The notes: a model not told the origin generated them from the letters alone. DNA of 56,367 nt from Methanobacteriota archaeon (GCA_002712285.1 PATC01000014.1:10402-66768), one strand, 5' to 3'. Shown: positions 26,101 through 38,007, numbered from the stretch's first letter. Numbers and translations: made by a program.

Positions 26101-27916
26101 TCCGATTGATTTGTCTTCTTCCTCACAAGTGACACTTCAGACCTCTCGTTTGCTCGGTTCCTCAACCTGTCTCTCTGGCACAGATCAAAGCATCTTGGTT
26201 GTTCAAGACACCACTTTTGAGTCGTGCCATCAGCAGGGTATACTTGCTTTCGGATCAACGGTTGAATTTACTGATATCACATTGGCGCCAGGTAATGGTA
26301 GAGGTGTTTGGTTACAAGCAGCAAATGGGAATGTAACAAATCTCGAAGCAACAGCACACACCGGTAAGGCAGCACTTTTGTTAGAAGACGTAGGTGATTT
26401 ACGAGTACGAGGCGGTACTTTCAATGCAAGTCTTGAACCAGCAATTATTTCGCAGTACACAGAATCTCTCGATATTATTGGAGGCAATGTAATTGCGAGT
26501 ACAGGGGCGCTATTAGAGGAATCTTCGGGTAATATGGAATCCATGATTTTCGAAGGAGGGGGCACGGGTGCCGTTGGACTTAGGGTCGATAGCTCAACCT
26601 CACGACTGTTGACATTACGCAATCTCTCTTTCCAAGGATGGGCTCATGGAATCGAACTTATTGGCGATAAGGATGATTTAGAAAACCCTGCAATTAGAAT
26701 TGAGGAATGTAATATCGATACTATTGAATCGATAAGCAGTGTTAGCCTTCCATTCCTTGTTGCTTCGAGCATTCTCAGCGGTTCTGTGAATGTCTCCACA
26801 ACTGCATTTTCTTTCGAAGCAGCTCTCATTTCATCTATGCCTGCAGGGGGGATCCAAGTAATTGATCCAGCTACAGTACGTATTGCTGAAGAACGACGTA
26901 TTACTCTAGAAGATCAATCGGGAAACACACTTGATTCAGGTCTAATTGAGATAAGTATTCCAGAGTTCCATGACACACTCTCAGAACAATCTACCATTGT
27001 CGAAAATGGTGATTCAGTCGTACTTTACCACAGAGTCGTGACTCAAGATTTTGATCTCACATATCCACAAGTTCAACTTGACTCTACAGCAGGTGGTTAC
27101 CTTTCTACGGTTGATTCAGCAGAGATAGGAGATGGCATGTCATCAGATATTGTAATCCAGATGATTACTAACACCATCCCAACAATCACGATTACTCAAC
27201 CAATTGATGACGATGTATCATATCTGGGCGATGAACTTCTTATCACAGTACAGGTAACTGATCCAGACAGTGTTCAAGCAGGTGCATTAGTTGTAACATA
27301 TGAGATATCTGAGGAAGGGCTTTCAATGTCTCAACAGATTGGAAGTGAGACTGGATTCTCCTCCCCGTATGCTGAACTTTCCCAGAATATTTACCCAACG
27401 GAGTTGGGTACGTATACACTTACCGTGTCAGTCAGAGATCCTGCGGGCGGTGTATCCATGGATTCGATTATTTTCCAAATATTACCACAGGATAATGATG
27501 GCGATTTCATTGAAACCTGCCAGACTACTGGAGATTATGCTTGGTATGATCCGGTAGAAGAGGTTCGTTGTGGGCCGGATGAATATGATGACGACGACGA
27601 TAACGATGGGATGCGTGATGCAATCGATATGTTCCCGAAAGATCCCTGTGCTTGGCAAGACACAGATGATGACGGCGATCCTGATGAGATTGTAGTATCT
27701 TGTGTAACGGATCTCACTGAGGACAAAGACGATGACGATGATGGACTTCTAGATCAAGACGACCCTGATCCAAAGGTTCCCCTTACAGCAGTTGAGACTG
27801 CATCAGAGGATCCCCTCATTGTCACATTATTATCTCCTGGAGTGGTTCTACCTCTTCTCGTGATTGTAGTTGCTACTGCATTGCTTGCCCGCCAACGACG
27901 AAATTCCGATAGTTAG
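23180..27916 (+). CDS. Large surface protein with parallel beta-helix-like repeats, C-terminal TSP3-like Ca repeats and TM anchor
   Basis: Signal peptide 'MRRLTSLLIGLLFLGLSAG'. Recurring modules ('VTVAQGATLTIAAG', 'DLIIESGAALHL', 'DLIIPPGVTLQI'), then 'DDDDDNDGMRD...DTDDDGDPD' and TM 'VVLPLLVIVVATALLA-RQRR'. Confidence 0.8.
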   Translation: MRRLTSLLIGLLFLGLSAGPILSVTASQNITNNTIWSGSHVVDQAVTVAQGATLTIAAGADIDISEDIAIIIQGNLVIEGTEGNPSEIYGTFRYPTSDRPVWQGFRIDPSGSAIVGQSVITHSRGGFDVAGDLSISSGMNPLVEGAQIGYRIDGGTISVPTDSSLRCSDSAIACLSLTSTSLEVPLVEAVNSSAIVLLNSGGDLTASELIGDDIGIGIQIHDGANLSVTHLNLTDANVGVSQNGVADTWIGSIHLTGENGIVVDWSSSSDAIIDNITTTPGATVRETIHAEGVIDGYVANVTVVGSGTHPALYLGVDGTINIQSFSGIGFAEGVLLRGSGTANLDEIDISVSNQLIDTIGAATLHLSNSDWITTGKFGTLASASSILNGVNMTGNSAVEEGLELITGNHHLDEVYLERPYTASDRVSTGLRCIWSEVQLTSVHLVGWYHGAILEQDGHVSAQDFNISGGGRDGGNSVMIDGGSLQATSLHTEDADHGIEILNGSPLWDAGPSIHIDQWTAANHRDITLLMSDETAVTVRNLPTFQTTASYDAFGDGLLLWGGSSSGRISVSESYHLIEHGLIVQDLGGQPVVDADVDSLGFNTTSAADGSVTLPILETGYTSVTATSGGIGTTKMTDSSSSIIQIPLLPTSGDWRITSGNTAVLQDGDFSIPGDLIIESGAALHLVRATLTLEQDAFYTSEGGELFGDSGLITGGTGSHGSVLSPLAYSGDLTVDQSVEVNCTENATADGHFLSELTIGPDCTLTIHGSVNGTVILSTGSSVLVESSIQVRILDRGFPVEGATVIVGALQMNTLSDGIAEGSVVSARYEETENVITGTVTIVVRQQGIESLRSWDTSVPFNEDISVSTLDSGTLTGWTRIEPQFSPVHLLGDLIIPPGVTLQILPQASLRIGASMTVDVQGNLDAEDATITGYDWLSLHISGDAIVRGTQITGGPIDVASDGELTVIDSVLNGAPIDLSSSSQVTLQTSRLLGSSTCLSGTDQSILVVQDTTFESCHQQGILAFGSTVEFTDITLAPGNGRGVWLQAANGNVTNLEATAHTGKAALLLEDVGDLRVRGGTFNASLEPAIISQYTESLDIIGGNVIASTGALLEESSGNMESMIFEGGGTGAVGLRVDSSTSRLLTLRNLSFQGWAHGIELIGDKDDLENPAIRIEECNIDTIESISSVSLPFLVASSILSGSVNVSTTAFSFEAALISSMPAGGIQVIDPATVRIAEERRITLEDQSGNTLDSGLIEISIPEFHDTLSEQSTIVENGDSVVLYHRVVTQDFDLTYPQVQLDSTAGGYLSTVDSAEIGDGMSSDIVIQMITNTIPTITITQPIDDDVSYLGDELLITVQVTDPDSVQAGALVVTYEISEEGLSMSQQIGSETGFSSPYAELSQNIYPTELGTYTLTVSVRDPAGGVSMDSIIFQILPQDNDGDFIETCQTTGDYAWYDPVEEVRCGPDEYDDDDDNDGMRDAIDMFPKDPCAWQDTDDDGDPDEIVVSCVTDLTEDKDDDDDGLLDQDDPDPKVPLTAVETASEDPLIVTLLSPGVVLPLLVIVVATALLARQRRNSDS

Positions 27917-27924
27917 GTGATATT

Positions 27925-28500
27925 TTGAGCGGTGTATTCGAAGCATTCGATACTACTACATCGATAGTCGGTTTTGGGGCGATTGCGTTAGTTTCGATGA
28001 TTGTCGTTATCGATGCATTTCGTTATTTCATGATGGAACGTGAAGTCCCTCGTCTTGGGATTCTACCAAACGGAGGTTGGGCATGGTCAACGACTGTTCG
28101 GTATGAGTATGAACGGAATTGGGCGAATGTAATCACACTCGTTATTATGGGTATAATGCCCTGGCTCCTCAATCCAATACTCGATATTCCACCATTGCAA
28201 TTAATTCTCTTTCCATTAGCATTGTTCGGGATGTTGATTCTTCAAATCGTTCCAAAGCGATATGCAGTAACACGCGATTTGCTTTCTGCAGATGGTTTCA
28301 CCTTCGATTGGGATAGAATTGTTTGGAAGGGATGGGATGGAGGGCGTAGAGTCGTCCTTCAGCGAACTGGATGGTGGCTGTTCGCGCCATTACCTCTTGG
28401 TGGTTCCCCCCATGATCTTGAGCAGGCTACTCTTCGCATTGAGGCAGCAGTCACTAATCGATGGGATGAGATCATTGAATTGCTACAAGAAGAAGAATGA
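27925..28500 (+). CDS. Hypothetical membrane protein (3 TM plus a PH-like soluble C-terminus)
   Basis: TTG start 4 nt after AGGTGA; three hydrophobic segments, then 'FDWDRIVWKGW' beta-rich tail. Confidence 0.7.
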   Translation: MSGVFEAFDTTTSIVGFGAIALVSMIVVIDAFRYFMMEREVPRLGILPNGGWAWSTTVRYEYERNWANVITLVIMGIMPWLLNPILDIPPLQLILFPLALFGMLILQIVPKRYAVTRDLLSADGFTFDWDRIVWKGWDGGRRVVLQRTGWWLFAPLPLGGSPHDLEQATLRIEAAVTNRWDEIIELLQEEE

Positions 28501-28545
28501 CCTTCTCTCGCAATCATCAAAAGACGGACCCGAGAAGCATTTTCT

Positions 28546-30168
28546 ATGGCCGACTACCCTGACAACGAACCCATCCTCTCCTACGCCCCAGGGAGTGTTG
28601 AGCGAGCTGAGTTACAGGAGGAGATGGATCGACAGATGAGCGAGGTAGTGGAAATCCCTTGCATCATCAATGGAGTTGAGATATTTACTGGTAATACGAT
28701 GACACAAGTAATTCCTCACAAGCATGGCCATATTCTTGCTAATGTCCATCTTGCTGGACCCGAAGAAATGCAAGCTGCTTGTGATGCCGCTGTCGATGCA
28801 CAGATGGATTGGATTGCCATGGGTCTCGAGGCTCGATGCGCGATTTTCGAGCGTGCTGCCGACTTACTTGCAACCACGTGGCGCGCTAAAGCAAATGCTT
28901 CTACAATGTTGAATCAGTCGAAAACAGCTTTCCAGGCAGAGATTGATGCTGTTTGCGAACTTGTAGATTTTTGGAGATTCAATGCATACTATGCTCGTCA
29001 ATTCCATGCTGACCTTCAACCACTACATTCTCCAGAAGGTGTAATCAATTCTACAGAAATACGTCCTCTAGAGGGTTTTGTCCTTGCAATTACACCGTTC
29101 AATTTCACAAGTATTTCCGGAAACCTTCCAAGTGCACCAGCACTTGTTGGTTGCACTGCAGTTTGGAAGCCAAGTCGTAATTCTATATTCTCAAATCATG
29201 TAATCATGAAGTTGATGATGGAGGCAGGGCTTCCTGCAGGCGTCATTAATTTCGTTCCTGGTTCTGGTGAAGCGATTACTAGTATCGCTTTAGAGAACCC
29301 TCACTTCGCAGGAGTTCACTTTACTGGTTCGACCAACACCTTCAATGGCCTATGGGAGCGCATTGCCTCATCTTTAGGTAGTCTTGCATCTTATCCGCGA
29401 ATTGTTGGAGAGACTGGTGGCAAGGATTTCGTTGTCGCTCATCCAAATTGTGATCATCGTGCCCTAGTTATTGCTCTACTCCGTGGTGCATTTGAATTCC
29501 AAGGTCAGAAGTGCAGTGCAGCTAGCCGCGCCTATATCCCTCGCAGTGTCTGGGAATCGATCAAAGACGAACTAGTAGAGGAAGTAGGGCGTATTACAAT
29601 GGGCGATGCTCGCGATTTTACAAACTTCATGACTGCTGTTATCGATCAACGCTCTTTTGACAAAATTACGGGATATATCGAGCGAGCACAATCTGATCCA
29701 GGTTGCAACATTGTTTGCGGAGGTAATAGTGATGATTCTGAAGGTTGGTTCATCGAACCAACCATAATCGTCTGTGAAGATCCAGATTATGAATCGATGA
29801 TTGAGGAAATTTTTGGTCCTGTTCTGTCGGTCTATATTTACGAAGATGACGACTTCCTTGATGTGTTATCTTTGTGTGATATCGCATCTCCTTATGCATT
29901 GACAGGTTCAATTTTTGCGAATGATGAAGAAGATATTCAGATAGCTTTCAATGCGTTACGCTTCACAGCAGGCAACTTCTACATCAACGACAAGCCAACT
30001 GGTGCAGTAGTCGCTCAACAACCGTTTGGCGGGGCTCGTGCAAGTGGAACCAACGACAAGGCGGGCGGTCCCCTCAACTTGCTACGTTGGATCAGTCCTC
30101 GTTCGGTTAAGCGCACACTTTCACCTCCACATGAATGGGGCTACCCATTCCTCTCACCTGATGAGTGA
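28546..30168 (+). CDS. pruA: L-glutamate gamma-semialdehyde (P5C) dehydrogenase
   Basis: ALDH motifs: 'NEPILSYAPGS', 'AITPFNFTSI', 'HFTGST', 'GETGGKDF', catalytic 'FQGQKCSA', 'EEIFGP', 'FYINDKPTGAVVAQQPFGGARASGTNDKAG'. Confidence 0.96.
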   Translation: MADYPDNEPILSYAPGSVERAELQEEMDRQMSEVVEIPCIINGVEIFTGNTMTQVIPHKHGHILANVHLAGPEEMQAACDAAVDAQMDWIAMGLEARCAIFERAADLLATTWRAKANASTMLNQSKTAFQAEIDAVCELVDFWRFNAYYARQFHADLQPLHSPEGVINSTEIRPLEGFVLAITPFNFTSISGNLPSAPALVGCTAVWKPSRNSIFSNHVIMKLMMEAGLPAGVINFVPGSGEAITSIALENPHFAGVHFTGSTNTFNGLWERIASSLGSLASYPRIVGETGGKDFVVAHPNCDHRALVIALLRGAFEFQGQKCSAASRAYIPRSVWESIKDELVEEVGRITMGDARDFTNFMTAVIDQRSFDKITGYIERAQSDPGCNIVCGGNSDDSEGWFIEPTIIVCEDPDYESMIEEIFGPVLSVYIYEDDDFLDVLSLCDIASPYALTGSIFANDEEDIQIAFNALRFTAGNFYINDKPTGAVVAQQPFGGARASGTNDKAGGPLNLLRWISPRSVKRTLSPPHEWGYPFLSPDE

Positions 30169-30272
30169 AACTCATAGCAGCCTTTTACAGGCATCAACTA
30201 TGTTCAATTTAGCATACGAGAAGAGTTGGTGCTAATAGGAGCAAAGAGGTTCATTTCCTGTAGTGTAGGTGA

Positions 30273-32414
<2,142 letters not shown>

Positions 32415-33224
32415 TTAACCATAAATCATCGATGAAGGGCCTGCATTCTCTTCATCTTCGGCCATCTTTCCTAGATGAACTTGAAGCATTTCTCGAATTT
32501 GCTCCTCAATCCGCTCAGCTTCTTCAATCAGGGGTTCGGTAGGAAGTGAGAGATTAGGGAGAAGCGCGTCAAGTTTCTCGATGATACGAGCAGCAGCTCT
32601 TGCATCGGGTAGCCCTGCACCCGGTGGTCCGTTTGCTTCAGCAAGAATCGCGAAAGTATCGAGTCCTCTACGCCGACATTCACCAAGTAATACTCCAGTC
32701 ATTCCTGCAACAACGCCTTGACTCAGTAAAGGCACCCCCATCTTTTCTAATCGTTCGCGTGTAGCTACAGTCGCTCCAATACCTAGGATAGTTTCCTCTG
32801 TATCATCATCATCAATAATTTCGTGAGCGTGTTCATCGGTGTGAGAGAAAGAATCGATTAGAACTCCTCCTGCGATTTGTGCATCTTTGGACCAGTCTAG
32901 CAAAGTTTCAGTTAGAGGGAGAACCATATCATTGCGCACCGGTATTTCTGAGACAATTAGAATCAATTTGTCACAACCATCCACTGTACAAATTGGCTCA
33001 CCTGCGTAGAAGCGGAGAGGAGGCATAGGTTGCCCATCTTTGACAAGACAAACCGCAGGTAGACCAGGTGCACGAACCCCCCCGCAGAAACGCAATTCAA
33101 GTTGATCTATGAGGTAATGAGCGACGATCGAAGTCACATAACCTACGGACGGAAAGCAAGTGACTACTAATGCACCTTCGGCATCTACATCATTAGAAAT
33201 CTTGAGAATTGGTTCACTGGCCAT
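32415..33224 (-). CDS. PAC2/PbaB-family proteasome assembly chaperone
   Basis: 'CFPSVGYVTSIVAHYLIDQL', 'PPLRFY', 'GVVAGMTGVLL', 'PDARAAARII', 'LIEEAERIEEQI'. Confidence 0.9.
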   Translation of the reverse strand: MASEPILKISNDVDAEGALVVTCFPSVGYVTSIVAHYLIDQLELRFCGGVRAPGLPAVCLVKDGQPMPPLRFYAGEPICTVDGCDKLILIVSEIPVRNDMVLPLTETLLDWSKDAQIAGGVLIDSFSHTDEHAHEIIDDDDTEETILGIGATVATRERLEKMGVPLLSQGVVAGMTGVLLGECRRRGLDTFAILAEANGPPGAGLPDARAAARIIEKLDALLPNLSLPTEPLIEEAERIEEQIREMLQVHLGKMAEDEENAGPSSMIYG

Positions 33225-33289
33225 ATTTGCTGACTGGGGCCGATGGTGTTAATCATTGGGCTTGACTATTCGCAGTCGAGGCTCGGACT

Positions 33290-34456
33290 ATGACTACTCC
33301 AGCGCACCAATTGTCTCCATCTTCCTGGAACAATTATGCATCATGTCCTCGCAAGTATTGGCTCTCAAGACAACGTCTTCCACGAAAGGCAGGTATGGCT
33401 GCAACGATAGGAACTGCAGTACATGACAGTGTAGAGGATTTTTGCAACCTTGATCTTACGGGGCAGGACCCAGATGAAGTTGGTTGGCTACCACCAACTG
33501 CGAAACGAATTCTCGATCTTCATTGGCAGAAAGAGAAGGAAATTTTCCTCGGGACGCCCCGACATCCGGCTTTCAAGGATGGCGAAATAGTTCGAGCACA
33601 CGATCTTTTGATTGGCTCTCTTAACATGCTTATTGCGAATGCGAAAATTGGCACAACTAAGATGTCGGAAGTATCCATAGCCCAATGGCGTGAAGTGCAG
33701 GAAACGGTTTTGGCAGCAGAAGGAACACTTCGTTCACCCTGTGGTCGTCTGATGGGGCGACTCGATCTTCTTGTGAAAGATCTCGATGAAGACCGCAATC
33801 CCGTAGGTTGGATAGTTGCTGATCTCAAAACTGGAAGACCTCCACCCGGAGGTCTTTACGAGACAGTCAGCCGCCAACTTCGTTTTTATCGCGATATGCT
33901 GTTAGAGAATAATCCGAATGCCCCAAATGTTCGTGCACAGGGGTGGTATTCTGCTGGACCAAAGGTGTACGAAGCCGAGGGCCCCTCCGTCCTTGAGGAT
34001 GCTTTCCGTGCATGGGAAGGGATGGCAATCACGAAAGAGCCGTTGGAGGCAACTCCTGATGATGATGCCTGTCGATTTTGTGAGTGGAAAGCTTGGTGTC
34101 CTGCTTGGTTCCATGCTCGATCGAATGGGGTCCTTCCTGCACCAACTGGAATTTTCCGCGATGAAGTTGCTCTCGTGCTCCAATTCGATGAAGCAAGTGG
34201 TGCTTGTATGGTGGAACTCGTAAGTCCCAAGGATGAGGTTGGAGGGATTATTCCCACCGGACGAACAATTGGTTTGATTTGCAAAGGTCAAGCCCTTGAT
34301 CAAATGAGAAATGTCATGACTTCAGATCACCGCGGAGCTGTGTTCCTTGGCTCTATTCGAACCAATGCCAAACCGTGGGCGATGGGTGATTGGAGTGAGG
34401 TAATTCCATGGACTCCGATTCTTAAGTCGCTTCGCCATAAGTCCGAAGAAGAGTGA
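33290..34456 (+). CDS. RecB-family PD-(D/E)XK nuclease with a 4-Cys Fe-S staple (Cas4/AddB-like) and C-terminal extra domain
   Basis: 'LSPSSWNNYASCPRKYWL', 'GTAVHDSVE', 'GRLDLL', 'ADLKTG', 'QLRFY', 'CRFCEWKAWCP'. Confidence 0.88.
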   Translation: MTTPAHQLSPSSWNNYASCPRKYWLSRQRLPRKAGMAATIGTAVHDSVEDFCNLDLTGQDPDEVGWLPPTAKRILDLHWQKEKEIFLGTPRHPAFKDGEIVRAHDLLIGSLNMLIANAKIGTTKMSEVSIAQWREVQETVLAAEGTLRSPCGRLMGRLDLLVKDLDEDRNPVGWIVADLKTGRPPPGGLYETVSRQLRFYRDMLLENNPNAPNVRAQGWYSAGPKVYEAEGPSVLEDAFRAWEGMAITKEPLEATPDDDACRFCEWKAWCPAWFHARSNGVLPAPTGIFRDEVALVLQFDEASGACMVELVSPKDEVGGIIPTGRTIGLICKGQALDQMRNVMTSDHRGAVFLGSIRTNAKPWAMGDWSEVIPWTPILKSLRHKSEEE

Positions 34457-34461
34457 ATCAT

Positions 34462-35271
34462 TCAAAGTAAACCCATCACAACATCAATTGCTTCTTGATT
34501 CAATGGTCCTGCTGGCGAACATAGCCAGCGTATGTAACCCGGTTCTTCATTCGCAATAACGAGAAGATCTCTTGCTTTGTGCTTACCGAATGCCAAGACT
34601 ATGCGTTCTCCATCTCTGCGAAGACGCCCACCAGATCCCGGAATTGCCTCAAGGTCATCTAAGGAAGGCCCGAGTGCATTTTGACTACCACTTCCAGCGG
34701 ATATCCATGCTTGTAACTCCTCGGGAGAACGGCGAAATTCACGAGGATGTCTTGACATCCAACGCCAAAGAAGCATCAAAGTTGCTCCAGCATCAGCAGC
34801 TGCATTGTGGGCGTTGTTTAGGGTGATATCTGCCGTTCTACATAGAGTCCCAAGATCGTGACGACCAGGAATTCTCAATCGCTTAGCGAGACGTAGTGTG
34901 TCAATCATCACTGCAGGTTCAGGGGGTAATCGACCAATTCGCATATATTCAGAAGTAAGTAAGCGCCAATCGTAGCGTTCGATATTGTGTCCTATTACAA
35001 CAGAACCATCTAAGATTTCACTGATATGACTCGCATGTTCCATGAATGTGCCCGCAGAACTGACATCTGAATCTGTGATGCCATGAACCGCACTAGAATT
35101 ACTAGGGATGTGCTGTTGAGGATTAACAAGAGATTCTACTGTAATGGTTGAACCATCGACATCGCTTCCAATTAGAGCATATTGGACAACCCTATCCTTA
35201 CGGACATCGAGTCCAGTAGTTTCTAGATCGAACGCGACAACGCGACGACCTGAGAATGGGTCGTCCACCAT
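34462..35271 (-). CDS. DEDDh 3'-5' exonuclease (DnaQ / ExoX-like)
   Basis: ExoI 'FDLETTG', ExoII 'GHNIERYD', ExoIII 'HNAAADA'; C-terminal 'FGKHKA...PGYIRWL' as in ExoX-type tails. Confidence 0.92.
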   Translation of the reverse strand: MVDDPFSGRRVVAFDLETTGLDVRKDRVVQYALIGSDVDGSTITVESLVNPQQHIPSNSSAVHGITDSDVSSAGTFMEHASHISEILDGSVVIGHNIERYDWRLLTSEYMRIGRLPPEPAVMIDTLRLAKRLRIPGRHDLGTLCRTADITLNNAHNAAADAGATLMLLWRWMSRHPREFRRSPEELQAWISAGSGSQNALGPSLDDLEAIPGSGGRLRRDGERIVLAFGKHKARDLLVIANEEPGYIRWLCSPAGPLNQEAIDVVMGLL

Positions 35272-35391
35272 ACCTTGTCTTCAAAGGTGACCGTTTTTCA
35301 TATCTCGTAGTTTCAAACTTGAATCAGAATACGATGAAAGCGAAGTTTCATGGCGTCACACATAAACAGGGTGAGAGGGGGCTATGGGGTC

Positions 35392-36567
35392 ATGGAGGGG
35401 AGACAGGTCACTAGCGGGCTTCTCTTGGCGACCCTGATGGTGTTGCTTCCTTTAGCTGGATGTACTGGTGCGTTTACCACTGTAACGCCAACCGCTCGTC
35501 TTTCAGTTGATGTAGATATGATTGATGTGGGTGAAGCGGTAAATTTTGACGCACGCGCATCCACTTCTCCAGATCCAACACTCATTGTTGATTATCACTG
35601 GGATTTCGGTACATCTCAAAGAAATACTACTCAAGGATATGTAAGTCAGGTTTTCGATGAACCTGGTCGTTTTGAGATTCGTTTGACTGTAATCAATGAC
35701 GTTGGAGGCGAAGATTCCGATGTTGTGACAATCTACGTCAATGAGTATCCTATTGCTGCTGTTTCAGGCCCAACAGTCGTCAAGACTAGTACCATCGTCA
35801 CAATGGATGGTTCGACCTCATCTGACCCAGAGGGAGGTATTCTCGAATATGCATGGGATCTTGATTGGTCTGTGGATTCAAATGCAGATGGTAATTTCCA
35901 AAACGATATTGATGATACCAATGAGAGCATCTCATTTTTTGCAGAAAGATCTCAAAATCGCACTGGTTCATTGACTGTGACAGATGATAGAGGTGCGGCG
36001 ACTACAATTGTTTGGGAGTTACGGATTCTAGAAAGAACATTCAATGTCACTTGGAGACACCAGACCATGAAAGTAAGTTGGGATGGATATTTGCAGCAAG
36101 GAGAGAGTTACGAAATTAACCATATTCCTGGTGAGGGGGGACGAATTCTCGAGTTTAATGGCACATTAGAATTAGATCGAGATTTTGTTCCAGCGGGACT
36201 ACCTCCTGAAGACAATTTCTCAATGATGTTACAGATTCCAGATTCTAGTTGGGCAGCAAAGACAAAGACTACACAGCATAATATCACGGAAGCATCGACA
36301 GGTTCGATTGAGGGCACAGGACTCAATCCATACTCTACAGAACCACAGACCTTCACTGCTGATTCTGAAGACGAGTTGTTAGCCACACTACTCGCAGAGC
36401 CTGGTGCACGATTCGGCCAAGGGGACTGGATTTGGACCATCACTGCCGATGAAGCAGATCCAGATATACCGATTGATGGAGTGGACCCCGATGAAGGTAA
36501 TAATTGGACTCTAGAAGTGGAGTTCGTTGTGCTAATCCCTATTATTCTCGAAGTTGGATTGCTTTGA
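35392..36567 (+). CDS. PKD-domain secreted/lipoprotein
   Basis: Signal with 'LAGC'; PKD motifs 'VNFDARAS...YHWDFG...FDEPGRFEIRLTV' and 'DGSTSSDPEGGILEYAWD'. Confidence 0.85.
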   Translation: MEGRQVTSGLLLATLMVLLPLAGCTGAFTTVTPTARLSVDVDMIDVGEAVNFDARASTSPDPTLIVDYHWDFGTSQRNTTQGYVSQVFDEPGRFEIRLTVINDVGGEDSDVVTIYVNEYPIAAVSGPTVVKTSTIVTMDGSTSSDPEGGILEYAWDLDWSVDSNADGNFQNDIDDTNESISFFAERSQNRTGSLTVTDDRGAATTIVWELRILERTFNVTWRHQTMKVSWDGYLQQGESYEINHIPGEGGRILEFNGTLELDRDFVPAGLPPEDNFSMMLQIPDSSWAAKTKTTQHNITEASTGSIEGTGLNPYSTEPQTFTADSEDELLATLLAEPGARFGQGDWIWTITADEADPDIPIDGVDPDEGNNWTLEVEFVVLIPIILEVGLL

Positions 36568-36623
36568 TTCTAGATTATTCCTTCAAAGGAAGCCCTTAGA
36601 ACCCGGACCGGGTGGCAGGGGCA

Positions 36624-36992
36624 ATGGCGAACTCCATTGAGATTACCAAAGCGACTCTTCGCGAACGCGTTGTCGTTGATGTCACTGTCTGGATGAATGA
36701 TCCTGAAGACTATGACTTCTCTCCTCGTGCGCACATGTCTGAAGGCACACTACATATCCAGAATGCGGGACAGGATGGTGTTTCATCTAACTTCGATCTC
36801 GAAGAAGAGATGTTGATTGCTGCTGAACGAGACCGCCTCATAGAACTGAGAGTAAAGTTTGGTGTTCATGGCATGCATGGTACATTGACACACAAACACC
36901 CTCTTCCCAAGGATGGCCCAAATTCCAAGAAACTCGCCGAACCCCGTTGGAAGACTCTTCTTCCTTTGGAATTCGTACCAAAATCTCGTTGA
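36624..36992 (+). CDS. Hypothetical protein
   Basis: Open frame with normal codon use; start MANSIE preceded by GGCAGGGG. Confidence 0.7.
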   Translation: MANSIEITKATLRERVVVDVTVWMNDPEDYDFSPRAHMSEGTLHIQNAGQDGVSSNFDLEEEMLIAAERDRLIELRVKFGVHGMHGTLTHKHPLPKDGPNSKKLAEPRWKTLLPLEFVPKSR

Positions 36993-37055
36993 GTGATATT
37001 GGGCCCCAGGGTCTCCCCAGATTGCCTTGAAGTGCTCACCAGACAACGTATACCC

Positions 37056-37295
37056 ATGGGCAAGCAACGCGAAGCAAGGGAAGACCGATTAAAGCGTGAG
37101 ATTCGAAGATATGTTTCGGATAATCCTGAATGTACTGCAAGCGACATTGTGGCCTACTTGAGTATCGATCTACGTATGAGAAATCATGGTTTGACTCCAC
37201 GAAAGGTCGGCTTCTTCATCCCTAGATATGTGGATGGTGTGAACTGGAGACTTGATAGTTCAACTGGAAAACGACTCTACTCTGCCGCTCATTGA
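37056..37295 (+). CDS. Small basic winged-HTH-like protein
   Basis: 'IRRYVSDNPECTASDIVAYL...LTPRKVGFFIPRY...W...RLY' follows wHTH order; start MGKQRE at 37056. Confidence 0.7.
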   Translation: MGKQREAREDRLKREIRRYVSDNPECTASDIVAYLSIDLRMRNHGLTPRKVGFFIPRYVDGVNWRLDSSTGKRLYSAAH

Positions 37296-37340
37296 TTCAA
37301 CCGTCGGGGTTAAACCAATGGCACATCTCGCCGAGCCGCT

Positions 37341-37417
37341 GGACCCATAGTGTAGCCTGGATATCACATGAGCTTGCGGAGCTTGTAACCCGTGTTCGAA
37401 TCGCGGTGGGTCCGCCA
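37341..37417 (+). tRNA. tRNA-Arg(GCG)
   Basis: Acceptor GGACCCA/TGGGTCC, anticodon arm TGAGC-TTGCGGA-GCTTG, T-loop GTTCGAATC, encoded CCA. Confidence 0.95.
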
Positions 37418-37586
37418 TTCGCCACCTTGGTGAGCGTTAGCGAAGTGAATTTTTGATTAGCCGAATCTTTGTATTCTGATACTAACCAATCAAGAGTTTG
37501 AAAACCGTGTGTAAGAATCCGAAGTCATGGGGGCTGGGGGCGGACCTCACATCAACGAGAAGGATCGGAAGCCTTGAGGTGAGACA

Positions 37587-38000
37587 ATGGCCGTTGAACT
37601 CTCTCGTAGAATTGATTGGCCAATGATTGACCCTGCCAATGTTGTCTACTACCCTCTGTATTGGGATCTAGCTCACAGATTCTTTGAGGAGTCCTGGGAG
37701 CTGATTTGTGGTATTGATTACCCAACAATAATTTCCGAACACCGTCTAGGATTCCCAGCAGTTGCTACTAATTCTACACATCATGCACCATTACGATACG
37801 GGGATACTGCACATTGCCGTCTTTGGGTCAAGGAAGTAGGAACATCATCAGTCGTATGGGAATACCGCTTTGATGATCAGAATTCGAATATTGTCTGGTC
37901 TGCTGAAGTAACTACAGTATGTGTCAATCTCGATGATTTCCAGCCTCAACCTATTCCCTCCAAGATTGCTGAATCTCTACGCAGATGCAGCGAGGATTGA
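37587..38000 (+). CDS. Hotdog-fold acyl-CoA thioesterase (4HBT/YbgC family)
   Basis: 'IDWPMIDPANVVYYPLYWDLAHRFFE', 'PLRYGD', 'VGTSSV'; SD GAGGTG upstream. Confidence 0.88.
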   Translation: MAVELSRRIDWPMIDPANVVYYPLYWDLAHRFFEESWELICGIDYPTIISEHRLGFPAVATNSTHHAPLRYGDTAHCRLWVKEVGTSSVVWEYRFDDQNSNIVWSAEVTTVCVNLDDFQPQPIPSKIAESLRRCSED

Positions 38001-38007
38001 TGCGTGA

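Noticed and set aside
33290-34456. CRISPR-Cas adaptation module based on the Cas4-like gene
   Set aside because: No cas1, cas2 or array in the window.
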